A stretch of 64,000 nucleotides of DNA from Candidatus Bathyarchaeota archaeon (GTDB taxonomy: Archaea > Thermoproteota > Bathyarchaeia > 40CM-2-53-6 > RBG-13-38-9), in NCBI GenBank assembly GCA_963807605.1, contig CAWECG010000001.1, positions 512,001 through 576,000 of the forward strand, read 5' to 3'. Shown piece after piece: positions 38,584 through 48,922 of the stretch. The stretch's first letter is position 1, and the number at the start of each line of letters is the position of its first letter. The notes beneath the pieces were generated by a model that was not told the origin of the DNA, did no database searches, and worked only from the letters and a program-made list of their open reading frames with translations. Made by a program: the position numbers and the translations under genes.

Positions 38584-40416
38584 TTAGGAGACTCCATACT
38601 CCTGCCTGAGCTTGGTCATCTCACCCTCGATCTCTTCAGATAACCTCTGTAATCCTTGGATTCCGCTCTTGTCTTCTTTGGCTCTCTCGAGCTTGGACAC
38701 CTGAGGCAGGGACTTGATCCTTTCTGCTGGAACACCCTTCTGGACCAATTGACTTGCTTGGTCATAGAAGTCCAGAAGCGTCTGAAGTAATGCCGCCTGT
38801 TTCTCCATCTCGCAGAAGGCGTCGACCTCGTGGTAAGCGAACTGTCTCAAGAAGGCTTCCTTTATCAGCTCAGACTCAAGCAGAATTAATCGTTGATCAT
38901 CAGGAAGCGAGCGTTCACCCATTATCCTTGCGATCGACTCTATCTCAGAGGATTCACTCAAGATCTTCAGAGCTCTTCCTCTGAGTTGGCTAAAATCTGT
39001 TCGTAGCCTCTTCTTCCAGTAGTCGGCAATCTCTTCCGCATATTGACTGTAACTCTGAGCCCATGAACCCAGTAGCCGGTCGACATAGAGACTGTAGCTT
39101 TTCAGCCAGTGGATGGCGGGGAAGTGTCTGCTGTAGGCAAGGTCTCTATCCAAGGCCCAGAAGACTCCAGTGAACCTTAAAGTGTGTATGGTGACTGGTT
39201 CGTTGAAGTCTCCTCCGGGGGGCGAGACAGCGCCTATTATCGAGACTGATCCCTGACGGTCAGGTTTTCCTAGAGCTTTGATCCTTCCGGCCCGTTCATA
39301 GAACTCTGCCACTCTGTCTGGAAGGTATGCGGGGTAGCCGCCTTCGGCAGGCATCTCTTCTAGTCTGCCTGAGATCTCTCTGAGAGCCTCAGCCCACCTT
39401 GAGGTAGAGTCGGCCATCATCGCCACGTCATAACCTTGATCTCTATAGTATTCTCCCATCGTGACGCCGAGGTAAATGCTTGCCTCCCTTGCGGCTACAG
39501 GCATGTTGCTGGTGTTGGCTATCAGGATCGTTCTCTCCATGAGAGGCCTTTTGGTTCTTGGGTCTATCAGTTCTGGGAAGTCCGTCAGGACCTCACACAT
39601 TTCATTGCCTCTTTCTCCGCAACCAACATAGACGATCACCTGAGCGGCGCACCATCTGGCGAGTTGGTGAAGCATCACGGTCTTTCCAGTGCCGAAACCG
39701 CCGGGTATGCTTGCTGTGCCCCCTTTCGGAAGCGGGAAGAAGGTGTCTATGACTCTTTGTCCAGTTACAAGCGGCTCGTCCAGTGGCAATCTTCCTTGAG
39801 GGGCGAAGGGTCTTGGTATCCTGATCGGCCATTCCTGCATCAGCTTCACATCTGTCTTCTTCCCATCCTTCTCAAGAGTAACCACAGGATCCTCTACTGT
39901 GTAATCGCCTTCCTTTATCAAAACAACCCTGCCGGAGACTTTTGGAGGAATCAGTATCTTATGGGTTAGAACAGGCATCTCCTGGACAGTCCCAATGATG
40001 TCGCCTGGACCTGCAATCTCACCTTTGCTTATTGAGGGCTTAAAGTGCCACTTCTTGTCTCGTGGGAGAGTGTTGACTCTTACACCCCTGGTTATGAAGG
40101 GCCCTGTCTGGAGTCTAATCTTGTCGAGTGCTCTTCCCAGACCATCAAGTATATTGTTCAGCAGGCCTACGCCCAGCTCGGCAACTAGACGCTTGCCACT
40201 ACCAATAATCTCTTCGCCAGGTCTCAGACCTGTTGTGTTCTCGTATAATTGGGCGGTGAACTCTTCGACTCCAACTCTTATGACCTCGCCTATCAGGCCT
40301 TCCTTTCCAACTTCAACTATTTCGCCCATCTCGATGTCTTTGATTCCGGAGCCTACCACTATAGATCCACTGATCCACCTTATCTTTCCAATTCTGGATT
40401 TCGTCAACTTGCTCAC
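38584..40416 (-). CDS. atpA: A/V-type ATP synthase subunit A
   Basis: [40 protein letters not shown]; no intein. Confidence 0.96.
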   Translation of the reverse strand: MSKLTKSRIGKIRWISGSIVVGSGIKDIEMGEIVEVGKEGLIGEVIRVGVEEFTAQLYENTTGLRPGEEIIGSGKRLVAELGVGLLNNILDGLGRALDKIRLQTGPFITRGVRVNTLPRDKKWHFKPSISKGEIAGPGDIIGTVQEMPVLTHKILIPPKVSGRVVLIKEGDYTVEDPVVTLEKDGKKTDVKLMQEWPIRIPRPFAPQGRLPLDEPLVTGQRVIDTFFPLPKGGTASIPGGFGTGKTVMLHQLARWCAAQVIVYVGCGERGNEMCEVLTDFPELIDPRTKRPLMERTILIANTSNMPVAAREASIYLGVTMGEYYRDQGYDVAMMADSTSRWAEALREISGRLEEMPAEGGYPAYLPDRVAEFYERAGRIKALGKPDRQGSVSIIGAVSPPGGDFNEPVTIHTLRFTGVFWALDRDLAYSRHFPAIHWLKSYSLYVDRLLGSWAQSYSQYAEEIADYWKKRLRTDFSQLRGRALKILSESSEIESIARIMGERSLPDDQRLILLESELIKEAFLRQFAYHEVDAFCEMEKQAALLQTLLDFYDQASQLVQKGVPAERIKSLPQVSKLERAKEDKSGIQGLQRLSEEIEGEMTKLRQEYGVS

Positions 40417-40417
40417 C

Positions 40418-41038
40418 TTATCTGAAGAGTAGACTGTAGAGTTCTCCGCTCAAACTCTGTCTGGCTCCTGTGAGTCGAGCATCTAGCGTGTTATTGTAGT
40501 ATTGATGTTTGTCATAGGAGTGGATTATGACCCCGGGCGGGAAATCTGGTTGGCTTTCAATTTGCAGCTCAACCTCTTCGCCTTTTTCTTCGGTGATCCT
40601 TTTTGTTATCGCCTTCAGGTTCTTCCTTAGCAGTTCGCTTGCTTGAGGGTTAGACTGAATCGTAAACGTGGAACCTTTCATCTTGGTAGTGCCCTCAACG
40701 ACGAGACTTGTGAGGAAATCTCTGTAAGCGGGAGAGTCTGCTTCTTCTGCTAACACGTCAAGTCTCTTCCGGGCCTCATTGAATATACGATCGAGCCATT
40801 CCGCCTTTACTTTGGTCAATTCTCCCTTCTGATTCATTCGTAGGATAGCAAGCTCAGACCTCTCCCTCGAAAGATTCTCCATGGCCTGTTTTTGTTTATG
40901 TTCCTCAACAAGTGCGGCTGCTTTCTTCTTCGCATCTTCAATGATTGTTCTAGCTTCAGCCTGAGCTTTCTGGAGGATATCTTGGACTTCAGACTCGGTC
41001 TCCTTCTCGATGTGGGATCTTATCTGTAGGATACTCAA
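40418..41038 (-). CDS. atpE: A/V-type ATP synthase subunit E
   Basis: N-terminal coiled coil, GVII..NNTLDARL. Confidence 0.85.
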   Translation of the reverse strand: MSILQIRSHIEKETESEVQDILQKAQAEARTIIEDAKKKAAALVEEHKQKQAMENLSRERSELAILRMNQKGELTKVKAEWLDRIFNEARKRLDVLAEEADSPAYRDFLTSLVVEGTTKMKGSTFTIQSNPQASELLRKNLKAITKRITEEKGEEVELQIESQPDFPPGVIIHSYDKHQYYNNTLDARLTGARQSLSGELYSLLFR

Positions 41039-41355
41039 GACCCCACCTTCATAACGTCTTCAATAATCATCTTCACGGCTCGATCGAGGTTTTTCTCAGC
41101 CAGTTTCTTTAGAGAGATTATCTTCTGCTGGTGGTCTTGCTCGATCTTAAGCTTCTCTTCCTCAAACTCTCTATGTCTGTATGCTTGCGGTTCTGTCGAT
41201 GAGACAGAACTCTGAGCCTCAACAATGACACTGCCCGCTTCTTCCCTTGCTTTCTTTATTACTTCTTCTGCTGTGCTGCGAGCTTGTTTAATCCTATCCT
41301 CAGCCATCTTCTCTTCCTCGACAAGTCTTGTCAGTTCTTCTACATCCGCAGACAA
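41035..41355 (-). CDS. atpH: A/V-type ATP synthase subunit H (G)
   Basis: 106-aa charged helical protein (EE..AE..I..AR..AE) between F and E. Confidence 0.75.
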   Translation of the reverse strand: MSADVEELTRLVEEEKMAEDRIKQARSTAEEVIKKAREEAGSVIVEAQSSVSSTEPQAYRHREFEEEKLKIEQDHQQKIISLKKLAEKNLDRAVKMIIEDVMKVGS

Positions 41356-41358
41356 ATT

Positions 41359-41685
41359 CTAAACCTCAAACTTCAATTCTGCCCCAACAGATTCGCTTAT
41401 TAAATCATGCAGCTCCCGGGTTCGTTGACCTGTAGGTCCTTGAAGATCCGGAATCACCGCGAAGACCGGTCTCCCTTTGCCCAAGGACACAATCTTCGCT
41501 TTTTCTCTATGAAGTTCTCTTGAAAGCCGCTCAGTGAGGATGATCACGTCATATTTTCCTTCAGAGACGAGATTAGAAAGAAGAGTCCTCGCCTCGTCCG
41601 TACTCTTTATGGGGAAAGCTTCAGCTCCCGCAAGTCTAAATCCTGCCGCAAGGTGTTTGTCAGCTATTATTGCTACTTGTGTCAA
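41359..41685 (-). CDS. atpF: A/V-type ATP synthase subunit F
   Basis: IIAD...GFRLAG, VIILTE, P....IP. Confidence 0.9.
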   Translation of the reverse strand: MTQVAIIADKHLAAGFRLAGAEAFPIKSTDEARTLLSNLVSEGKYDVIILTERLSRELHREKAKIVSLGKGRPVFAVIPDLQGPTGQRTRELHDLISESVGAELKFEV

Positions 41686-41765
41686 TTGCGGCTAGCTTCA
41701 CCTCAGACCATTGTTAACTATGGCGACATATGTTTGTTGAGGCTTTGATTCCCAGTTTTCTAAAG

Positions 41766-42020
41766 CTAGCGGCGCCTCGACTTTCTGTATCTTTGAGGTG
41801 CCTGCTCAGTCTGATATACAGGACCGTAAGACGCAACGTCTGTTAACCCGACGTGACTGGTCATGCCTGCTGTGGGCGAGGTTTGATATACTCCCCAGTC
41901 TTGATGTTGCCTCTCCCAACTCATATGCACGCTATAGCAATCTGAACAGAATTGTTTCTTGCAGTAAGGGCATTCCTCTAACTTGTCCGGCTTCTTGCCA
42001 CACTTCTCACAGAGGTCCAA
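41766..42020 (-). CDS. Small AN1-like zinc finger protein
   Basis: CEKC..CPYC..FC..C..H; promoter-like 16-mer upstream. Confidence 0.6.
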   Translation of the reverse strand: MDLCEKCGKKPDKLEECPYCKKQFCSDCYSVHMSWERQHQDWGVYQTSPTAGMTSHVGLTDVASYGPVYQTEQAPQRYRKSRRR

Positions 42021-42103
42021 ATTCTAACCCCAATCAGTTTTGTGTCTGGGCAGATTTAAGACTTGTAGCATATCGATGGTCGAATTCAGATCTGCGAAAT
42101 TTC

Positions 42104-42568
42104 TCACCAAGGACTGTTTATGACGGTCACAGGGCAGGTTGAGTTAAGAATTATCTTGTCTGAAGTGGTTATTCCAAAACGCCTCTCGAATTCACTTTTC
42201 CTTCGAACACCCAGCACGATAAGGTCTACATTCTCTTTCTGCGCTATCCTAAGAATTTCCTCAGGGGGGTAGCCTTCCAGCAGTATCGTGCGAGACCTTA
42301 CCGACTCTCTTGAACACATCCTCTCAACCTGCTTTAGGTACTCCTCACCTTCCTTCCGGTATTGGCCGGCGAAGTCGTGGGAGACCTCTCCCAGATGGCG
42401 TCTCTCCTCGAATACCCTGGATACTTGGCTTGGCAAGACATGGACACCTATAATCTCTGCGCCCGTTATCTTGGCCAATCCAGCTGCATATTGACAGGCC
42501 TTGATTGAGTGAGCCAGCCCAGTGGTCGGAACAAGTATCTTCCTTATGGAGATCGAGCCGTCAACCAT
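42104..42568 (-). CDS. Universal stress protein
   Basis: KILVP, G.PPEEI, DLIVLG, CPVTVI. Confidence 0.9.
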   Translation of the reverse strand: MVDGSISIRKILVPTTGLAHSIKACQYAAGLAKITGAEIIGVHVLPSQVSRVFEERRHLGEVSHDFAGQYRKEGEEYLKQVERMCSRESVRSRTILLEGYPPEEILRIAQKENVDLIVLGVRRKSEFERRFGITTSDKIILNSTCPVTVINSPW

Positions 42569-42810
42569 TTTTGTTCACAACTAGAGATTGACCCGATATC
42601 TATGTTAACACAGCAAAACAAGTATTTTCTCTATCTTAGCTAATATCAGTTTTGTTGAACAGCCCTGGCGCGCCTTTCCAGCTAATGTGGTCACACTTGC
42701 CATTTCAAAGCTCGTAGTCCTTCCGTAAGCACATACTTTTGTCTGATCAGCAAGTTGCATGAGCTCATTCCGTACGTGTGAACCTGTTATCAACTGTGGA
42801 GACATTGTTC

Positions 42811-43160
42811 CTAGGTCATCTGGAAAAAACAGAGTCTCTCTACAGATGAGCTGGATATAATGTAGCCTCCATCTGAAGACATTGTGGCAGTGTATCCGGA
42901 ATAGTTCCCCACAAAATTGCCTTGCTTATCAAATACGGTTATTGCGGAAACGATAGCACCGGATTTCACCTCTTTTATGATTTGTATCATGACATTGCCA
43001 GTATCTGCTGAGAATGAGAAGGGAAGCGCCACTCCCCCCTTGTTCCACAACATCTTTCCCGCTTTATCGTAGAAGCACAGTTGGGAAGACCATCCATGAT
43101 AATAGCTCGCGTTCGTGCCTACGGCGGCTATGTAGCTCCCGTTCACGGTCGAGGCTGCTT
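42811..43160 (-). pseudogene. 3' fragment of a beta-propeller-like protein cut at a GC run
   Basis: S.NGSYIA..YDKAG..LW..SSDGGYI repeats; starts at GCGCGCG 43161-43167. Confidence 0.5.
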
Positions 43161-43394
43161 GCGCGCGAGCAAAGATCCTGAAGTACAATCAAGAGATAGG
43201 ATACAAAGCATCTGATCTTTCACATGTCTTTGATTACACGCAGCCACATCGATCGTGGGCGTGGACTAGAAGATCATTGAGGTAATGGCTTTGATACAGA
43301 TAAGACTGCCCAAACATGCGCGTACCCCACCTAACATGTAACAAAAACAGTCATGGAATATTTTGACTCTTCAGAGCAACTTCGTAGATTGTAT

Positions 43395-43691
43395 TCAGGT
43401 TACTCTAGTTATGAGGGCTGTTACCCCACCGATCAAAACCAGAAACCCGCCAAGATTTCCACCGACTATTCCAATCACAACCAAAACTAGGGTCCAATGG
43501 AAGGTCCCAGTCTTCGGGCTGAGGACCAAGGCCGCTATACCGCAGAACAGCACGCGTGCTATTTGTACATAGGCCATTGCGGCCAGAGTCGCTGAAGGGT
43601 AGAAAAGCGAAGATAATGCTAAGACCATCATCAGTACTGCTCCCACAATCACGAAAAGTCTGGCAGCTTTAAGGAGTGACTTCTTGTCCGT
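43395..43691 (-). CDS. Small hydrophobic membrane protein
   Basis: 3-4 TM segments ending GG..GG.LVLIGG. Confidence 0.55.
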   Translation of the reverse strand, partial: TDKKSLLKAARLFVIVGAVLMMVLALSSLFYPSATLAAMAYVQIARVLFCGIAALVLSPKTGTFHWTLVLVVIGIVGGNLGGFLVLIGGVTALITRVT

Positions 43692-43833
43692 CATCTTGAC
43701 GATTCCCCCTCTGACCACTACTGGATCCCTATTTATTCTATACTCCAAATCTTCTCAGGATCAAAAAAGTGGACTGGCGATCATTACAATTCATATACCG
43801 ATTACTCTGGTAGTATGGACGAGGCGAGTCACA

Positions 43834-44790
43834 ATGAGCATAAAGAATGTTGCATGCGTCGGAGTCGGGACGATCGGCCACAGTTGGGCAACTCTATTCG
43901 CGATCAAAGGTTATGATGTCACTGCATATGATATGAGTCCGGAGTTGCTCAGGAGCGCTATGGACAGAATCAAGGCAAGTGCAGAGTTCCTCGCTGAGAA
44001 AGGTCTGATAGCTAAGAGAGATGCAGAGGCGGCGCTGGGCAGGATTAGAATCACTTCTGAAATGTCCAAGTGTGTTTCAGGAGCAGACTATATTCAGGAG
44101 TCGGCCTTTGAAAGCTACGACGTCAAGAAAAAGATTTTTTCAGAGATTGATAGAGTAAATAGTTCCGCAATAATAGCTACAAGCTCCTCAGGCTTACTGA
44201 TGACTGAGATTCAGAAAGCTGTCACAAAGCCTGAGAGATGTCTTGTCGCCCATCCGTGGAACCCTCCTCTTTTGTTAAGGCTTGTCGAGCTTGTGCCTGG
44301 AGAGAAGACCTCACAAGAGGCCATTCAGACAACTTATGAATTTATGGAGAAACTGGATAAGACGCCTGTTGTGGTCAAGAAAGAAGTTCCAGGATTTATA
44401 GGAAACCGCCTTCAGGCTGCCCTCTGGCGTGAAGCCCTAAACCTGGTTAATAATGGTGTGGCGTCTGTTGAGGATGTTGATAGAGCCTGCTGGGCTGGCC
44501 CTGGATCAAGATGGGCGATCATGGGACCTTTTCTGACTCTTCATCTTGGAGGAGGGCCTGGAGGTTTGAAGTACCACATAGATACTATTCAAAACGGCTT
44601 CAATGAATACTGGAAAAGCATGGACGACTGGAAGCAGCTACCCTATCATGCAGCCAAGAAGGCAATTGATGGCGTGGAGCAATTACCGATAGTCAAGGAG
44701 AAGACCCTTCCGGAGATGGTCAAATGGAGAGATGACAAACTGGTGAAGATAGTTAAACTTCAGGAGAGAACGGTGAGAACCAATGAGTAA
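43834..44790 (+). CDS. 3-hydroxyacyl-CoA dehydrogenase family protein (L-carnitine/gulonate dehydrogenase-like)
   Basis: GVGTIGHSWA, QES.FE, TSSSGL, AHP.NPP, GFIGNRLQAALWREA. Confidence 0.88.
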   Translation: MSIKNVACVGVGTIGHSWATLFAIKGYDVTAYDMSPELLRSAMDRIKASAEFLAEKGLIAKRDAEAALGRIRITSEMSKCVSGADYIQESAFESYDVKKKIFSEIDRVNSSAIIATSSSGLLMTEIQKAVTKPERCLVAHPWNPPLLLRLVELVPGEKTSQEAIQTTYEFMEKLDKTPVVVKKEVPGFIGNRLQAALWREALNLVNNGVASVEDVDRACWAGPGSRWAIMGPFLTLHLGGGPGGLKYHIDTIQNGFNEYWKSMDDWKQLPYHAAKKAIDGVEQLPIVKEKTLPEMVKWRDDKLVKIVKLQERTVRTNE

Positions 44791-45217
44791 AGACAAATCT
44801 GGAAGAAAGATAAAGTTCCACCATGTTGCCATATTGGTCAAGACTCATACCATAGAGGATCTGTTAACAGGCTTCATCAACCTGCCAGGGCGCACTTGGT
44901 ACAACAAGGATCAGGGTGTAGATGTTACATTTCTGCCTCTGGGGAATGCTTACATTGAGATGGTCTATCCCCACGGCAACGAGGGCTTGGAGAAGTCCCT
45001 GCAGAATCGTGGCGAGGGAATTTATCACTTCTGTTTTGAGGTTGACGATCTGGATTACTGGGCTAAGAAGTGTGATGAGAGGGGCTACAAGGTCGTCAGC
45101 AGAGACAGCAGATGCTTCTTCATACACCCTAAGACCTTCGGCGGAATCTTGGTGGAATTCGTCAACTGGCCAGAAGGCGACCCCATGGGTGAACTAACTC
45201 TCATGGACAAGACGTGA
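44783..45217 (+). CDS. VOC family protein (methylmalonyl-CoA epimerase-like)
   Basis: HHVAI, IE, GEGIYHFCFEVDD, FIHPK..GG.LVE. Confidence 0.8.
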   Translation: MSKDKSGRKIKFHHVAILVKTHTIEDLLTGFINLPGRTWYNKDQGVDVTFLPLGNAYIEMVYPHGNEGLEKSLQNRGEGIYHFCFEVDDLDYWAKKCDERGYKVVSRDSRCFFIHPKTFGGILVEFVNWPEGDPMGELTLMDKT

Positions 45218-45261
45218 TAACGAACGGACAACAATACAGTTACGGTCAGTCGTCGATCATC

Positions 45262-45615
45262 TTAGCCGTGATGATTGGAAATATCATCGCTGACTGAGAG
45301 GAATTGCTTCACAAACCTCTCAGCATTCTTGTCCGTTCCAGCGCCCTTCAGCGTTGTCTGTGATACCAGGTGATGATAGAACTCGTGGAGGACAACGGCA
45401 GGGTTACATAAGATCTCACTATTCGCAAAGACGATTATTCTCTGTTTTTCCACGTAACAGGCTGCGACGTTTCGATGACCTTTGACAGTCCCAACTCGAA
45501 ACTGTGGAGACGAGACACCGTAACCAGAGCTGAGTGAGTCGAGCGCTGAACTCAACTCGCCATCAAGTATCTTCCGAACTACTGAAGCTCTTAACGTGAT
45601 GTCTAGAGTCCTCAT
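45262..45615 (-). CDS. Small zincin-like HExxH protein
   Basis: VLHEFYHH motif. Confidence 0.55.
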   Translation of the reverse strand: MRTLDITLRASVVRKILDGELSSALDSLSSGYGVSSPQFRVGTVKGHRNVAACYVEKQRIIVFANSEILCNPAVVLHEFYHHLVSQTTLKGAGTDKNAERFVKQFLSVSDDISNHHG

Positions 45616-45628
45616 TCCATGTAGATCC

Positions 45629-46366
45629 TCAACGATCCTTCAGACCTTCCAACTTTCCAAGTTGATGAACGACTTCGCCGATCTCACTGACGAGAAGGTC
45701 AAGAATGACTTCACCCTTTAGACTTGTTGCTTTAGTAGCGTCACCGATTATTCCGAGTTTCATAAAGTCTTTAGGATTCCTTGAGACAAGGTGTGGGGGA
45801 AATGACGGGATCTCTGACGCAGCCTTCTCCATCTTTACATGTTGGGGTGCGAGAGCTAGCATTATCGACGTCTCAACCTCACCCGCGTGGCCGAATGGCT
45901 CCTCTATGAATCCGTCAGGCAGCTTCTTCAGCATCTCTGGGAGTCTGGTTATTGCGATGTTCAGATCATCATGCTTCTTGAGGAGTTCTTGGGCCGAAAC
46001 CTCTAGGCCCACAAGCTGAGCGGACCCAAGATGCCCTGGCAGAAAGATCATGTTCCTCAGGCCAGCGGAGTACAGGCTCTCGACAATATCAACGACTAGT
46101 AATCTTAGAGTGTCTAGGCTGATCGTTACTGTTCCGGGAAAAGACTCACTTCTTCTGCAGACTCCGTAGCATATGGGCGGTGCAACAAGAGCTGCGGTCT
46201 TCGCTCCTACACGTTTTGCTATTTCGTAGGCCACCAGGTAGTCTGTGGATAAAGGGAGATGATGCCCGTGCTCCTCAGTCGAGCCGAAAGGAATGATTAC
46301 GGTCTGTGTCTCCTTGATCTTCGTCTCGAGTTCTTTCCAAGTCATGTCCTCCATAAGATAGAGCAC
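45629..46366 (-). CDS. Creatininase/creatinine amidohydrolase family protein
   Basis: GSTEEHGHHLPL.TD, FPGT, GH.G, HAGEVETS. Confidence 0.9.
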   Translation of the reverse strand: MLYLMEDMTWKELETKIKETQTVIIPFGSTEEHGHHLPLSTDYLVAYEIAKRVGAKTAALVAPPICYGVCRRSESFPGTVTISLDTLRLLVVDIVESLYSAGLRNMIFLPGHLGSAQLVGLEVSAQELLKKHDDLNIAITRLPEMLKKLPDGFIEEPFGHAGEVETSIMLALAPQHVKMEKAASEIPSFPPHLVSRNPKDFMKLGIIGDATKATSLKGEVILDLLVSEIGEVVHQLGKLEGLKDR

Positions 46367-46889
46367 CTGAAATGCACCTGTTCTCTGTGAGAATGAATTG
46401 TTGCGTTTTGTTCTTAAATGGTATATGAGAGCTCAAGAAGCTCAAGTAACTTGTTGACCGTTAGATGAAAGAAGAGAACGCGCGCGCTTTACCGCATGGA
46501 GGGCACTTGGCATTAATTGATTTTGAGAATGATATTTTAAGATTCAAGAAGTAAGAATTGTCTTTTCGTGAACGAGTTCTAATGGAATTTGAAGAGGAGA
46601 CGAGTTCATCAAGAAATAGCCGGCAGCCCGGCAGTGGGTAGAGCGTTACCGCAAATCACTAAACACAGAAATTGACCTTCCTGCTATTGTGGGAACGGTT
46701 GATACGCTTACTGGAATTGAAAGCACGCGAGTATTTGTTAGGGTCGGCAATGGCTAAGCGTATTATGTCGACTGTTAGCCAGAATAATCTGCTGTGGGGA
46801 TGCCGATATGCTACCCATTCGTGAGCGTCGAGTTGAGTAATCAATAATAATAGCCACTGAAACTCTCGAAGCGAATGCGAAGGTAACCT

Positions 46890-48059
46890 GTGATGCGACG
46901 CCCCAACCACGAAGACATAGCCTCTGAAAGGCCACGTTACCCACCGAAGTTTTCCTGGTGGTCTCCTCTAGTCACAAAGCTTGTTCAAAAAGAGGACTTA
47001 AGCTTCAAAGAGGTTGAGGATGCCACTCTCAGGATCTTGAAGCTGATCGAGAAGAGGGATCCTAATGCACCTGTCGTGATGGCGAGTTTCTTTGGAGGCC
47101 TATCCACGAAAGGGTCGACTGTCGAAGAACTTGCGGCCATGAACTCAGCTATGGAGAAGACGAAGCGTGTTAGATTCAACTTCCTGGTCAAGAAGCCCAT
47201 AGTCACGGCGGGAGGGACTGGTGGAGATACGCTAAAGACAATCAACGTGACCACCCCCGCAGTTCTCCTAGCCTCAGCAGCTGGAGCTATCGCCGTGAAA
47301 AGCGGCGCAAAGGCGTTCAGCTCAAAGACAGGCGCCACAGATCTGGCTCTGACCATGGGGATAAACGTCAACGCGAAACCCCAAATTGTCAAGAGGTGCG
47401 TGGAGAGGACTGGAACAGCAGTATGGTCCTCTGCCGTAGTTTATCCTTGGATGAACCCTCTTGTGGACCTGAGAAACAGCGCCTCTGCACCCGTATTCTT
47501 CCCTTTGATGGGGTCACTGAGATTGATGATAGCAACGTCTCTGAATCCTTTCTCAACCAAGCGTCAGGTTAGAGGGATCTCTACACCTCAGACCCAGCTT
47601 GTGGCCGATGTATTCTCAAAGGTAGGGTACGATCGAGCATTGATTCCTCTAGGTTATGGCGACGATGAGAACATACGGATAGATGAGTTCTCAAATCTCG
47701 GAAAAACTGTTGTCTCTGAGCTCTTTTCCAACGGCAAGATCGAGACCTATCAAGTCGGACATGAAGATCTAGGTGTAAGAAGAGGATCCCCCAATGAGAT
47801 AGTGGCCAGAGAGACACATCGGGAGAATGCGAAGGTTGCCTTGAACATTCTTTCTGGTAGAGATCACAGTAGTCGGAGGGATCTTATCACGATCAATGCT
47901 GCGGCAATCCTGTATCTTGCAGACGAAGCTGGCTCAATTAAGGAAGGACACGAGCTAGCCTCAAATGCTATTGATGAGGGGAAAGCGATCATTAAGGTTG
48001 AGGAGTTGGTCGGTTGCAGCCGTGGAGACCCTAAGAGGTTTGCAAAACTCCTAGTGTAA
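46890..48059 (+). CDS. Anthranilate phosphoribosyltransferase-like protein (divergent)
   Basis: GTGGD, INVTT, KSG..SSK.GA.D, NP..Q, DE, NAA. Confidence 0.75.
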   Translation: MMRRPNHEDIASERPRYPPKFSWWSPLVTKLVQKEDLSFKEVEDATLRILKLIEKRDPNAPVVMASFFGGLSTKGSTVEELAAMNSAMEKTKRVRFNFLVKKPIVTAGGTGGDTLKTINVTTPAVLLASAAGAIAVKSGAKAFSSKTGATDLALTMGINVNAKPQIVKRCVERTGTAVWSSAVVYPWMNPLVDLRNSASAPVFFPLMGSLRLMIATSLNPFSTKRQVRGISTPQTQLVADVFSKVGYDRALIPLGYGDDENIRIDEFSNLGKTVVSELFSNGKIETYQVGHEDLGVRRGSPNEIVARETHRENAKVALNILSGRDHSSRRDLITINAAAILYLADEAGSIKEGHELASNAIDEGKAIIKVEELVGCSRGDPKRFAKLLV

Positions 48060-48096
48060 AATCTAACCCGGCCCAGATCATTGTTCTGAATAGGCA

Positions 48097-48767
48097 TCAA
48101 TTCTTAGAGACCTTGTACTCTAGAATTATTGTGTCGCCCACAATTTCATGATTCTTCAGGGAGAGTTTCAGAGAGTGCTCAATATCTAGGTAGCCTTCCC
48201 CGCCTACAAATGTCGGGGCTGCTCGACCTCCCCACACTGAAGGTGTGATCCAGACTGAAGATTCTCATCAACCAATCGCTCTTTCACGAAGCTCCATCTG
48301 ACCTCTGATCCACCCTCCACAAGCAACTTCCTCACACCTCTTCGGTAGAGAAGATCAAGTAATCCTTCTAGGGGGATCGTTCTTTCACAGTCGAAACGCA
48401 TCACTTCAACACCTCTCTCCACCATTTTGGCGGTCCTTTCGGCCGGCGCGGCAGCAGACACCGCGACGATAGTGGCCGCGTCCTCGATTTTGAATATCTC
48501 CGACTGCAAAGGTGAAGAGGCCATGCTGTCGAGAACTACTCTTAAAGGATTCTTACCGCGGACGGCTCTAACAGTAAGACGCGGATTATCCTCAATGACT
48601 GTTCCAGAACCAACAAGAACAGCGTCAACCTCCGCTCGAAGCTGATGCAGCCTGCCAAGCAACCTCTCTCCCATGAGCTTGGCAAGGAGCCTACCGTTCC
48701 TGTTAGCCGGCGCAGTCTTGCCGTCTAGGCTCATAAAGCCCCCGAGAATAACGTATGGCCTAGTCAT
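48097..48767 (-). CDS. RibD-like pyrimidine reductase (arfC/Rib7 family), with several indels after ~48265
   Basis: SLDGK, LRAEVDAVLVG..T..DNP.L, LLVEGG, LVDE; the C-terminus (ITP.VWGG..APT..G) is in shifted frames. Confidence 0.75.
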
Positions 48768-48922
48768 AGTACCCCGACACACAGTACTAGTACTACGGGC
48801 CTAGATTCTAAATGTATATCGTGCAGTGTTGCCAGTGACTTGCCAACATTGCAGAGTCCACACTTGTCACGAAACCTTTTACTAGCTAAACATTGCAGCA
48901 AACGGAACAAGAGTTGCATTCC

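Noticed and set aside
38584-40416. Intein in ATP synthase subunit A
   Set aside because: The length (610 aa) and continuous motifs around GTGKT leave no room for one.
42100-42113. CTCACCAAGGA resembling the TGGTGAG box
   Set aside because: It coincides with the PW-stop codons of the USP gene and lacks the flanking TG/CA arms.
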